Positions 47,099 to 59,844 of a DNA stretch of 64,000 bases are shown piece by piece (position 1 is the first letter of the stretch; every line of letters begins with the position of its first letter). A program made the position numbers and the translations under genes. The notes under the pieces were generated by a model that saw only the letters and a list, made by a program, of their open reading frames with translations, was not told the DNA's origin and did not search any database. The DNA is from Lepidodermella squamata (Eukaryota > Animalia > Gastrotricha): NCBI GenBank assembly GCA_047495785.1, contig JBLDXI010000003.1:1550001-1614000 (forward strand), in the 5' to 3' direction.

Positions 47099-48231
47099 TT
47101 CTTAATTATATTAAATTTAACCCAACGAGGTATATTCCACTTTTATCCGTGATTGGGCTATCGAATGCCGGTTTCCGCAAGTCCGGACCCTTAACCATGA
47201 TTTATTGCTAATTTTGTAGTCACCTAGACTCCTGCTGGACGGAATTAGGTAACTCCGGCTGCCTCATCCAGGTAAACTAATACCAGAAGTTTTTGGTATC
47301 GTTCGATTCGTCTCAAATTCAGCTGAATTTAGAAGGAAATCATGAACCAGTTAAGCGAAACAAAGCAAATTTAGGAAAAGGGCGTGGTGTTCTAATTTTT
47401 GATGCCGAATTCGAAATTAACTTCGAAATCTCATACTTTTTACTCTGTAATTATTTGATTATGGGTACTGAGATGTGAAATTTTAATTTTTTTCATTTAC
47501 TGATTTGAATTCTGAGTTTTGAAAACATATTATTCAGACTGACTGTTTGTGGCTGATACCAGGGACTCGTCTGATTTTTGTGTGCATGAAAGCATTATTT
47601 GACGGTTTCCCTCGGAGCCTCATCACGTGACGCAGTATATGATAGAATATTGTATATAAACATGGAGACTGGAGACTGACAACAATAGGACATATCCATT
47701 GTTTACAGTTTAGTCTCCTAAAAATTATGACCTGTCAAAATGAACTAATATGGACAATATTTCCGTTGTTATTTTTATACATATGTAATATCCGCATCTA
47801 TTTGCGGCAAGTTACAAAGTCATGCAGATATTATAATATGTAAAGCCATCGTTATCCCGCTTAATCACGCCTAAATTAGAGTCCCTAAATCGTGACTTAC
47901 CCCGCCCGCAGCCTACGAATTTTTTCGCCTCACGTTTTAGTGGCCAATCGGCTTTATTTTCGTTATTTAACCATCGCTTTGAACCTACGTAGGTTTGGGG
48001 CCTATATACTATTCATCCTTGACGCAAAAAAATCAACGCAACGTCCGATGTGCCAGACTTAAAGAGCGTTATCATTTTCTTATTGAGATTTTAGTAAAAA
48101 TTAAAAAATTTTCTTCGAGAAATGACGCATTTCTGCGTTTCTTGCTTTCTTGGATTTGGTCAGAAATCAACCATATATATTTTTCCCGTTATTTTTCGCT
48201 ATTTTTCATGCTTGTTGATAGTGCTTTGATA

Positions 48232-49344
48232 ATGGTTAAAATCGCTGTTTTATTCACCTGCGTCGCGCCGATTTATTTCCTCGGTCACGCGAACAGGTAA
48301 GATCATTTGTTAAAGGTCTTATTTTTGAGGGGCGAATTTTGGAATTTTCAATGGGCCTAAAACCACTTTTCGAAACTTTCAAGGATGCCATGATTAATCA
48401 GCATAATTTAACATAAATAATTGAAATTCTGTATGAGACGCATTTTTCGCTACCTTTAGAATTTATACAATGACCTAATTTCGCAGAAATATTCGACCTT
48501 GAGTTAATCTAAAATTAGGTTCCGCAACAGCCGAATTTGGTTTCGCAAAAGGATATTCTGAATATTTTTAAATTGAGTGAAATTTAAAAGAATATTATTC
48601 CTTTTATCGGAATCAAATATGTCTGCTGAGGAACCCAACGTGCGAAATGTTGATTTCCGAAGATTTCGAGAATTTGGGGCATCGTATGATTCGTATGATT
48701 TAGAATTACAATGCTCTTTGGAAGTTCTGAAAAGTTGTTTCAGGCCCAGTAAAAAAATCCAAAATTAGGTTCCACTCACTGTAACTTTGGTTTCGGTAAA
48801 AAGAGGACCCACAAATAAGTTGGCTTATTATATTTAGATTTTTTTTAATATTGGAAATTTTAAACTTAATTATCAAAGTGCCTATTTTTAGTAGTTTTTA
48901 ACTATTATTACATAATTTTCAAAAGTTAAATTTGCTATTTCACGAATTTTTTGGGTTTACCTGGTTAGGGTTAGGTCTGGGTTTTGGGGTTAGTTTTGAA
49001 AAAACTTAGGCAAAAATAGAGAAAAAGTACCGCATAATTATGTGCACCCTTTAATTATTGTATAATTTATTAGCTTCGCCGTAATGGAAAATCGTGCTGG
49101 CTCATACAGCGCCCCGGCTCGAATGCCTTCCCGAGATGACATCGCAGCCTTACGCCGTATAGCCGCTGTGGTTAAATCGCGAAATGACGAGACAATAACG
49201 CCGCTATCGTCGCTAATGCAGCAGTCTAACAGCAACAAGCTGGCTCACTACAACAAACCGATTTATGCTGTTGAACTCAACCCTCGACCGGCTAAAAAGA
49301 TTCAGCCGATTTTCACGCATGTTCAGTTTGCAGGAGGCCGATGA
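48232..49344 (+). CDS. Secreted peptide precursor, paralog of 2368-3985 (exons 48232-48296, 49074-49344)
   Basis: 65-nt hydrophobic exon MVKIAVLFTCVAPIYFLGHAN ends AG|GTAAG, with a phase-2 acceptor at 49073/49074. Core GSYSAPARMPSRDDIAALRRIAAVVK; ends FAGGR-stop. Confidence 0.75.
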
Positions 49345-49910
49345 TTGGCCGATATTATCTAAAACTATTTTTGTTGATACTTACATGGAACTATTCAGAT
49401 AGGGACACAATGTTACTATTTAAAATTTTATTTATTTTACTTTTATTTTATTTTTGCTCAGGCCGAAAATGTCGACAGTGTATACATTAATTTTATTTTG
49501 CTTTTTTTCTGATCGGGATCAGGCTGTTTTTGTTGAATGGTTGCTATAGAAAAAGATTAGAGGGATTTTCTAAATAATTCTAAAATATTGCACTCAACCT
49601 GTTTCTCTCTTAATCTGGTTAATGTATAACAAATTTCTCGAAAGTCTTCGTAGATGATCGTTCGCTTGATGATCAAAGGTCTGTGTTAGAGCTACCAATA
49701 GATTTCAAATAAAAATAGAATATTTTTTCATGATCTCAAAATGGCTATCGATAAAGAATTAGGGCGAAAAATGGCCTATAGTGAAAACCATTTGATGCAA
49801 ATAACAACATCTTTAACAGACCTAACGTTGATACATTTTTGTCCTGGAAATAATTTTTTATTTGGTAACTTGTTCAAAATCATCATTCACGATAGGAAGT
49901 TATCAAGTAT

Positions 49911-50409
49911 TCAGTTGGAAGCGCTGACCGACTTGCTGTAGGAGTACGAGCCCTTCTTGTTGGCCTTGCCCTTTCCGTTGAAGTTGTAGCCGAACTTGTT
50001 GCCGAAGTTGTGGCCCCACCTGTTGCCGGCCTTCTTGCCGTGACGGCCGAACTTGCGACCGCCGTAGTTGCGCCTGTTGCCAGAGAACGAGACCGAGACG
50101 GAGACCGATTTCGAGTAGGAGCCGCGGCGGTTGTTCATCTTGCGGCCGACCTTCTTGCCGTGGTGGCGCTTCGGAGCGGCACGCCACTTGCCGAAGGCCT
50201 TGCGGTTCTTCTCGAAGGACCGGCTCGCCGAGACACTGGTGCTCTTGTGGTAGTTGCGGTGCATCTCTTTCGACTCGACATTCCACACCTTGGCCTCAGA
50301 GTAGGCTGGGGAAAATGAGAAAAATAATTCGGAAATCCAGAATCAGGGGGATTTTGTATTTACCAAGTCCGAGCAGAATGACAACAGCGATGGCGAGGAT
50401 AGCGCGCAT
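49911..50409 (-). CDS. Secreted basic Gly/Lys/Asn/Ser-rich protein, copy 3 (intact; exons 50409-50364, 50305-49911)
   Basis: Signal MRAILAIAVVILLGLAYSEA, 58-bp GT-AG intron, TATA box upstream, strongly GC3-biased codons. Confidence 0.88.
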
Positions 50410-50852
50410 TTCGGTTAATATATGGATTTCCAAGATTGAGAAATAGAAGAAGAAATAACTTGATGATTCCATCGGCCGAATACCCACAATTTATATACCC
50501 GAAGATTTATTTCATATCGCGCAGTTCAATTAGTTCTTGCGGCTAACTGATATTTCTCAGCAAATAATTATCAGAAGGCGATTATTCTCGCTTCAACATG
50601 AATATTTGATTTGGTGGCACCTCAGCGCCGCAAGAGCATCACAACGTGTTTCCGCGAGGGTTGATTAGTGCATGCATATTCCATCTTTTTAAGAATTTTA
50701 TGGTTTTGAAATCTTTCGCGAGGTCTGCGCGGAAAAACATGTGCGAAGGTACCAATACACCGCAATTACACCGAAAAATTCTTTGCAGAACTAAAAGATG
50801 TGGCTAATCAGAAGTAAAAATGAGGGCAATAATATTCGAATTGAAAAAATCA

Positions 50853-50924
50853 AGGTCCCATCGAGAATCGAACTCGAGTCGCTGGATTCAGAGTCCAGAG
50901 TGCTAACCGCTACACCATGGAACC
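50853..50924 (-). tRNA. tRNA-Gln(CTG), cluster 4 (inverted cluster)
   Basis: Reverse complement of the intact Gln gene. Confidence 0.95.
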
Positions 50925-51134
50925 TGCGATAGGATTGAGGTTACTAGTTCAATCCTTATAGCTGTGGCTATGCTATTCAAGCTTCACAACAACAGGCCGT
51001 GACTTCATAGCCTTGTTATCTCCATATCTCCGTTTTCACACCAAAAGCATGTGTTGATGAGTATGCTCAATGGCCTGTTGTCATTAACAAAGTTAGCCTA
51101 TTATGCCTTAAAGCCGGTCTCATATTCAAGCAAG

Positions 51135-51205
51135 GCATCGGTGGTTCAGTGGTAGAATTCTCGCCTGCCACGCGGGAGGCCCGGGTTCGATTCCCGGCCG
51201 ATGCA
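51135..51205 (+). tRNA. tRNA-Gly(GCC), cluster 4
   Basis: Intact, identical to the other copies, followed by TTTTT. Confidence 0.95.
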
Positions 51206-51295
51206 AGCTACGTTTTTATTACAAAAAATAATCCGATTTTTTCACAATTTCAGCGAGATTTCGCTCAGTGCGCTAAAAAATGAATCATCATCGCT

Positions 51296-51367
51296 AGGCC
51301 CAGGCGGGAAATAAACCCGCGATCTCGTGGTGACGAGACAAACGCTCTACCACAAAGCTACTGAGCC
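51296..51367 (-). pseudogene. tRNA-Thr(CGT) pseudogene, cluster 4
   Basis: Full length, but the anticodon stem is broken and the A/B boxes are mutated. Confidence 0.8.
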
Positions 51368-51841
51368 AATAGTCCTCTTTCATTCAAATCGTTAAATTTA
51401 AATTGACTGAAATCCATGATTAACTTTATTTGCTCCCGCTATCATTATCGCTATAAAATTACGACCTGTCAGCATGAACGGATACCATGCTCCATTTCAT
51501 ATGTTATTCTTTAAGTAAGTTTTATTCGAAGCTTTCAGCGTTATAAGACCAGCAGGAATGGTCACTTTTCCGAAGCTATAATATTGTTAGCATGTTTGAA
51601 TTATTTTAGCGAGTTAAGTTTCAATTAGTAGGCTTCAACTTTACGTGAACAATTTCAACTCCGATTATTTAACGACGCAATAATAAGTAAATAGGGCGAA
51701 TTAGGCTTATGTTAGAAGTGCATGAATCAGCAATATCATCGCATTATTGCTAGTTTCCGGCTATCACATATAATGAGAAGGCAAAGTCTCTTTCCGGTCT
51801 TTCAGAAAAGTGATCTTCACGGGAACGCCGCCAAATAAAGT

Positions 51842-54800
51842 TTATGGCTTGTTTGAACAGAGCACCGCATGGGAAGAAAGACAATCGTCCGACATAGCAT
51901 AACCGTTCACGATACTCACACCTAGGAAAACGAGAATGTAGGAATCAAAGTAGAACATTTTCGGGAGCCTTACAATTTTTTTCAATACTGTCCTCAGGCT
52001 TGCCGCCGGCCCAACTTACAACTGAGTTATCCTTCGGTATTTGTTGCCATTTAAGCGTGACGTATTCTTGGGGAGGACGAAACGCGGCGATGAAGATACG
52101 ATTAATAGATTTCTCCTTCATCAAGGCTATTGCTTGAGCATACCGTTCTGGGGTAGTTAGGTAAGCTATCGGTGAATCCTCATAATCATACTGAGTCTCA
52201 TCGGGCGGGCATTGCGTGCCCGGCGCGGAGAAGTAAATGACACTGCCCTGTTCGTGAATAAATAAGCGTCATCAACGGCAGAGGAACAATGACTCACGTT
52301 TCGGCAAAGAGCCACATTCGCTGCTTGGCTGTCTTCACAATCAATCACTATATAACCGGACCAACGGGGGCTATATACCAGCCCAACGCCTGTAATTTAC
52401 AAAAGGGCAAAAAAGTAATGGTAGATGGCATTTTTACGAGCTTAGCAATAGCATACAGGACAAAATTGAACCCTGATCATCAATGATCAAGTTTCATAGC
52501 TCATAGTCATTTTTATCTTATGTCAAAATGAATATGTAACTGCCTTCCATCTGTGACTTCTGCGTGAAGTGTTTGCCCAAGAGGATTAAAGGGGGATAAA
52601 GGACGACGATTAGTGCACTTGCTGAAGAAAAATCGCAACCTTTCCAACTTTAACCACTTACCCTGCATTCGCTCATGTGAGCCAATTCATAAAAGGCCCT
52701 GCCCTTTATTACAGCTCTGTCCTATATTTTTGTCCTGCCTATAATTCGTAAAATACGGAATATTATATATTATCAAAATGCTACCATCAGCACCATCGAA
52801 AATCCCTGAAGGCCGATTTACCTACATTTCTAACCCTTTATTTACCTGTTTGAACAATTTTGAAATGAATCTAATTATAATGAATGAATCCCCGGTTTCA
52901 ACAGACAACTTTTTGCCGATTTCGTGGAGAATAACTGATTTTCTGCCCTTTTTCGGAGCTGATTCACGCCAACCTAAAGAGCCCCTATCTCGTTGTAGCA
53001 GCCCTCATGGCTGAACAGGCTGTACCTTTACATGTTTTAGAAGATGCTGAAAAAAATGTCGTCGCCACAGGTGTCAAACCTGGAGGTCAGCATTTTTGGT
53101 GAGCACCTCGACGATTCATCAGACGGTTTGAAAATTAGTGACGCTGTTAAGAAGTCATTTCGCTTTCGAATTATTCTGATAATTTCGAATTCCAATTACC
53201 CTGGTCAGCTGGTGTTGCGCAACTTTCTTATATTTCGAAATGTATAAAAATGACATCATTGGCCCCATTTAATGGCAATTTGTCTTAGAATAGCTGATTT
53301 AGCAGGATACGCCACCCCTGAGAACTGCCGACTGACCATCAGGTAGAAATCTTGCTCAGCTACCGGATTACGGCATCTGGTGAACCCCTGACCCTGAGGT
53401 AACCTTGCCCCTACGAGAAACGAGAAACATGTGAGCGATAGGTCACTAAGAAGGCCTTAGTACTTAGTGTAACACAGTTTTCAGTAAAGTTAGAATTAGC
53501 GCGCTTACATGTGGAAATCCCTGGTTGGAATGGTAAATACCAGCCAGGATATGTCTGCGAGGCATTACCATCTGCTGCCACGTCCCAGGTAAAACGCGTC
53601 CCATCAAACCAAAGCCACATGCGGGTGCCGCTGATCCAAACGTTAGCGCCATTAGCAGCAGCCACTGCTGCTGCAAATTCGTCACGTGTCATTATGTCCG
53701 CTAGCTCAGCACCAAGGTTCCGACACGCTTGAATGGATTCAAGAAATCCGAGAGCACCAGCGCTCTCAGCCAGGAAGTACTTGGGAAGTACCACTAAATG
53801 GGAAACAGTTTTTAACTCCAGTTGTCATGTGTTTGTAAATCCTCATCATTGCTGACTCACCGCTACAATCTGAGCCATTGAATCCACGAGGGCAGTTGCA
53901 AGTGCTGATATTTCCAACGACCACACACGTACCGCCATTCTGGCAGTTCAATGTGCATAAAACTGGGAGGGAAAAACGAAATGATTATCGTAATCAAACG
54001 TTATTGCTGGTTCTTAATCTGGGCTGTTTACCAACATAAAACCTATGAAGAACATACCGTTCTCGCATAATGTCCCATTGAAGCCGGAAAAGCAGTCGCA
54101 AGTTCTTGTCACAGGGTTATAAATGCCATTTACACATTGGAGCTGTCAACAAATTCGATACAATCACGCCGCCTTAACAATAATAGCAGAGCAAGGAAAT
54201 TTACTTTCTGAGCCAGGTCTGTCATGCAGCTGGCGTAGTTGCTAGCAAAGTCGCGAGACGCAGAATATACGAGAATCTGTTGAAAAATTCCAAGGTCAAA
54301 GCAAAAAAAAAAACGGGCATTTATTGACAAACTCGTTGGGATCCTGTAGGGCATTGACTGTAACAGAGATCGACACTACCTGTTCGGCACCAGGCAGCGA
54401 ACTGAAAAAGACTTACGATTAAAGGCATATCACAAAGTTGATATTACACTGAATAATATGGCAAAGCTTTTATTATTAAAAGTAAAACACTATATCGAAT
54501 GAGAAATGAGGGAAATAAACACCGCGTCCGTTTCAGGCTGATTTGTAGGAATTAGCAGAATCCTTTAGTTTGATGATGGTCCATGGTCTACTCTAAATCC
54601 CTTTTCTCTATATGAACGCAAAGCGCGTCAAATAAGTGTACTCACCCATAATAGGCAGTTAGCTTTGTTTCGGTAGACGCCGGGCGAAAACTCTGCGGTT
54701 TCATTGGCGATGCAGCGCGAAGTGCTCAAACGGCAAGCTGTGAATTGACGAGTGACAGCGTTGAAGCAGCGGATGTGCGGTTTCACAGCGGCAGCATATT

Positions 54801-55919
54801 CGCCTGCAACGGGAATACAATAACATGCTTGAGGAATGTGATTATCAACTTACTATTGATACTTGCCAGGCATGCTTCAAGGCTCGGAATCCCAACCGAT
54901 TTCGCGAACTGTGATCAAGTTTGCGATTACGAATCGACAATTTGTTATTAAAGTTTCTATACCGTATCACTTGGACAGAGAATGCTGCTTGGAACGCAGG
55001 TAACAAACTTTTGAGCCGAGTTGAAACACGTGTCAAATGTTCCATTCTACGCATTTGTGATCATTCTAACCAATGCTTATAAATAATCAGCTGTTTTGTA
55101 CCTGGAAGGCGTTGAAATCTGTAGTGCAGCTCGCTAAATTTGACTTGAACGGAATAAAGCCATTGTAAGAGCTTCCTATCTGGAAAACAGAACCAAACCT
55201 CATATAGGAATAAGGAAGAAACATGTTAGAATAATATGGCTTTCTTATCAGCGCCTTGAATTTGTTTTGATTTGAGATTTACAGCTTAGAATTTAAATGA
55301 CGGACCTCTTTCAATCAATCGAAATTGTCTAGTTTAATATTAAATCTAATTTAATTGAAAAATGGCTGTGCACAATAATAGACATGTCGTAAAAAACCGT
55401 TGATGAGACAATTCAGAGGATTCCGTGTTGATTTCGAAATTAGGAAATTATCGAAAAAGGTAGAATGGCATGAATCAAGTTCGCCGAATTTTAAACTATT
55501 TGTTATAATCTTGATGTAAAAAACTCACCATAACTTCGGTGGTTTTGCTGCATCCAGGTGAGCCCGGTCGGCAAGTCGCTGCGTTGGTGTCATATCTGTA
55601 GCACAATCTAGCAGTCTACCAGGAAAAACATCCATCTAAAAGCCGAATCGATATGCAAAAATAGCATACAGCCTTCAAACAACTGCTTTGATCAGAAATG
55701 CTGCTTCCAACCTGACCAAAAATGAACAAAAACAATGAATTATTCGGGCAATTGTTTCGAATTAACTTGATATTCGCGTAATTGCTGGCAACCGCTCGGT
55801 AACTCGCGGCAATTGATGAACGTGTCGTCGAATTGTGAGAAGCAGCGAGCCCAGTCGCCGCAAAGCACGCATTCGCTGGTCGATAGGAATACAATCACAA
55901 TCGCGAAAAAATCTCGCAT
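51842..55919 (-). CDS. Secreted Cys-repeat / 2x EGF / 2x C-type lectin-domain protein, paralog B (apparently intact)
   Basis: Signal MRDFFAIVIVFLSTSE. Exon-by-exon homology with paralog A with conserved splice sites; the checked exons join in frame to SNKP-stop. Confidence 0.78.
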
Positions 55920-56322
55920 TTTTCGCTCAGAAAAATGATAAATAATTCCGATTTTTCAAAAGCGTCCAGGAAAAATGAAATTGGTTAAAAAATCCAAGCA
56001 TGGCACGGCTTAACAATTGTCGCACGTGCGTGACTAACGGATGTTTTTCTCGAATTGAATTTTTACACGCTTCCAAGTCCGTTATTCGTCACGTGCTATT
56101 TTTTGAAGAGGCAGCAGCTTTTCTCCCAACCGGCAATTTGATTTCCGAGCACGCGAAAAAATGGCACGTGGTGAGTGGGTTGTTTATCGGATTTGGAAGA
56201 GTGTGAAATACTTGTCGAGAAAAACATCCGGTGGTCGCATGTGACGCTATAGCGGTGATCTCATTCTTCCTAGACGTGTTTTAAAAATTCCAAATTATTT
56301 ATTTTTTTTTCAGCAAAATGCG
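55915..56322. repeat. Degenerate palindrome upstream of lectin B, homologous to 17824-19624
   Basis: Same arms, including the CAG-AAAATGC ends; the central core is in the opposite orientation to paralog A. Confidence 0.75.
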
Positions 56323-56696
56323 ATATTATCAAAGTGCTGGCAAAGTCAAGAAGGTTGCAATAAAAATTCAATTTCCTTTACAACTTCAAACTTCAACACT
56401 GGGCAGAAATTTCCTACTTTTTTTACTCGGTAGTTTACTCGGTCAAACAAAGGTGTTTGATAACTGATAAGAGAGATTGCAGGCTCATCGCATCCTGGTC
56501 GACCAGACCGCGACGCTTCGGCGGACTTCGGTCGTAACATGAATATGAGTTGTTCCGAAAATTTTATAATCCATTTTCGGCCATCAGGTCCGCAGTCCGC
56601 ACATTTCTCCGCGCTGAGGATAACATTTCGAGTATATTATTATAAATCATTTAAAGGAAAGGAAACAAAACAAAACGAAAGTAAGCTGAACCAGCA

Positions 56697-57193
56697 GCAC
56701 ATTTTCCGGACCGCCGGTGTTTCCTCCGCGCGCGCGCTCCCAATGGTAGGCTCGTTTTACGCGTAAATACGCCTCGCTCGCATTTATTGCGCAACAAATA
56801 ATTGCAGACTTCCCTCGCGCGCCCAAGAAAGTGTACAAGTCCGAAATTCAGGAGAATAAGGGCGCGCTAGGGGTTGGATATGCGTGGTGCGTGGTAATTT
56901 TCTTATTTTCGCTTTTTCAACCTTTTAAATTCTTATGGCCGGTGTTTCTGGATACGAACAGAGAAGTCATCAAATAAGGGCGTCATGATGCGGTCAATTT
57001 TGTTGTCGCATTAACAAAACCAAACATCCTTTATATTTTTTTCTTCGGAAAGCATGCAGCATGCTTGCCTTAAACTTAGCGCACGAGTGCGCGCGCGCGG
57101 GGAAGGCTATAATTATCTTGAATTGTTGCGCAATAATCCCCAACCAATAGGAGCGCGCGCGCGGAGGAACCACCGGCGGGCCGGAAAATGTGC
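56697..57193. mobile_element. Mutator-like MITE
   Basis: TIRs GCACATTTTCCGG..GCGCGCGCTC and 9-bp TSD GAACCAGCA / GAAACAGCA; a solo end of the same family lies at about 3248-3290. Confidence 0.75.
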
Positions 57194-57285
57194 GAAACAG
57201 CAACATCTTGTGCAAGTCTAGCACGTCAACGAATCCAACGTCATTTGGTTCCAAAACGCAAACACGTACGCTAATTAACATCAGT

Positions 57286-57357
57286 GGCTCAGTAGCTTAG
57301 TGGTAGAGCGTCTGTCTCGTAAACAGAAGATCGCGGGTTCAATTCCCGCCTGGGCCT
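57286..57357 (+). tRNA. tRNA-Thr(CGT), solo copy
   Basis: Identical to 42027-42098; TTTTT downstream. Confidence 0.93.
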
Positions 57358-57713
57358 AGCGACTACTCCTTTTTGACACTTGCAATACAAGGTACAAGGA
57401 CAATTTTTATGAATTGAGGTAACTTTATTTTCGTTAGTTGTGTTTTAGCCAGATCTCCCAATAATCCTGTTTTCCCCATTTGAAAGCGTCGACTTATTCC
57501 AATCAATGGAAGAGTTTTACAACTTGGTTTTGTGCAAATCTGAAAGGATTGAGGATATCAATGCCTTTCAGTTTACACTTGCGTCATTCAATAGTCGTGT
57601 CTAAGCAGCGAATGAAAAGCGCGAGTCACACCAAAAGTGGGTGCGCTGTTTTTTTCTCTCACTCCCAGTATCGTGGTTCCAGAGTGACAATCATATAGCA
57701 GCCGCGCCGAACC

Positions 57714-59005
57714 ATGGCGAGGCCGTTGATGATCATTGGCCTAATCCTCGACATCATTGCAGTCGGAGGGATGGCAGCTGGGCTTGCATTGCCTCAGTGG
57801 CTAGACACTGGCTCTTCAACTTCAACAGCATCCTCGATAGTAGGATACACGGCCTTAGGGATATGGCAAGCTTGCTACACAGCTCTCGGGGTCTTCTCCT
57901 GTACAGTCAGTAAGTTATCAATCGGGATGCTCTGAATCTTATGAAACGATTGCGATACTTTAGCAACTAGTACAAACGCGACTTTCCTGGCTTGTAAAGC
58001 TTTGACAACCATAGGACCAATCATCACATTCCTAGCAGTCATTTTCATAGTGGTGTATCTCTGCTCAGTAAGCCGTGTTCGAATTTCATCCCATCTCCTG
58101 ATTTCCATACATAGAATCGAGCTTGTGGAGTACCTAGAAGACTTCTCACGGTAATTCTCATCGTACAACTCATTGGAGGTGAGATTTAATTGTTTGTAAC
58201 TATGGGTTAATCAGCTTAATCCATTTTTAAGTTGGCTGTGCTGCGGGAGGAGCCATTTACTACATTCTTACCTATCAATCGGCCTATTTTACAATAGCCT
58301 ATGTCACTTACATTTATGCTGCTGGGGGAGGATGTGCTGTTTTAGCTATGCTTCTGACCCTAATCGAGATTTGTCTGCAAGGAGAGCCTGATGACGGCGA
58401 GGAGCAGGGCGGCGGCGGGGGAGGTAACATGCCCCCTCCACCAGGTAAGTCACTCCTAACTAGAGGAAGGCCTACTCCATGTTTTTGTTTGCAGTTCAAA
58501 GAGAAGACTCCGATGTTTCAGTCATTATCCATCAACCTTATTCGAATCCTTACATGGGTTACATGGGCCCTGGAATCTTCCCGGGCGCATCAGTTTCTCC
58601 TTTCTTCCCTCCTCCGCCAACTTACAATCCAACTAAGTAAGTCTCGTATTTTTGCTACATTGTTTCTGAATTCTTCATTCATTTACCGCACAGGAAATCT
58701 ATGAACGGTTCTGGCTCTGCGGATTGGGCTAACATGGTATGAGAACACAGAATTGCCGTAGTCACGCCTTTTATATCGATTTTTAGGCAAATCAGCACTA
58801 TGCTAACTACTATCAGCAATATTACGCTAATTACTACAGCCAATATGCCCCTCAGGCGCCGTATGGCATGTTCCAGCAGCCGCAGCAAACACAACCTGTA
58901 GGGCCTTCAGCGGTCCAGCAACAACCGGCTGGTAATTTGATGCAAAGAAGTGACCAGGGTCGCAATGGTATGAGTGTCGTGCAGTTGGGTGGAGCCCAAA
59001 GATAG
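57714..59005 (+). CDS. PMP22/EMP/claudin-superfamily tetraspan protein with a long Pro/Tyr/Gln-rich tail (7 exons)
   Basis: TM1 followed by the W...GIW..C..C signature, then three more hydrophobic helices across exons 2-4. Six short GT-AG introns join in frame to GGAQR-stop. Confidence 0.8.
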
Positions 59006-59087
59006 CACCAGATTATCATTTTTAAAATAAAATTGGATATTTTTAAAATATTTCTTAGAGTTTTAAATCCACTCTGAATTCAAGAAA

Positions 59088-59749
59088 ATGGCTAGAATGC
59101 CGCCACCTCCTCAGCAATGTAAGTTGTTGATTCGCTTGTCATTCTTCAAAATTTTCGTTGTTTACACTTTAGATCAACGAGAGGATTCTGATGCCTCGGT
59201 AATAGTTCACCAACCGTGGTCGAACCCGTACGCTGGTTACAGGCCGCCTGGTTTCTACCCGCCAATGATGCCTCAAATGATGCCGCCAATGATGCCACCT
59301 CCGATGCCAGGAATGGCCTATCCACCGCCGCCACCTCCACCACAAATGATGGCCGGATATGGCAATCCAAATCCTCAAATGAAGTGAGGAAATAATTTGA
59401 CCTAGTTCCCCAGACATACTTGTTGTCATTTAGTTTCAGACCGCCCTATCAGCCTCAAATGCCTCCAGTTGGTGGCGTAAGACCTTCGGGGGATCCTAAA
59501 GCTGACTGGGCTCAAATGGTTGGTCATTTCCTAGGTTTACAAGTCTTTACGTCTGTTTTGCTTCGAATTTAGGCCAGCCAGTACTATGCTAACTACTATC
59601 AACAATATTACGCAAATTACTACGCGAATTACATGGCTAGGATGGCTTATCAACCCCAACAACCTGCCGCCCCTATTCGGACAATCTTCCAGCAAGATGA
59701 CAAAGACAGAGGAGGTATCAAAGTTGTCCAAATGGGCGGGCAGCAGTAG
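59088..59749 (+). CDS. Tail-only paralog of the upstream tetraspan protein (4 exons), or an alternative tail cassette
   Basis: MARMPPPPQQ mini-exon, then exons homologous to exons 5-7 of the upstream gene with the same intron phases (QREDSDxSVIxHQPxSNPY, ADWAxM, YANYYQQYYANYY, VVQxGG). Confidence 0.72.
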
Positions 59750-59844
59750 GGATTTAACTTGAAAGCTCACAACCTCAATGTATTGATTGAAACTTTCACT
59801 CTTGCATGCAAAACATGAATAAAGCACGGATTGTAATTTATTGA

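Noticed and set aside
48963-48995. Telomere-like TTAGGG repeats
   Set aside because: Only two or three degenerate units in an intron; more likely a repeat fragment
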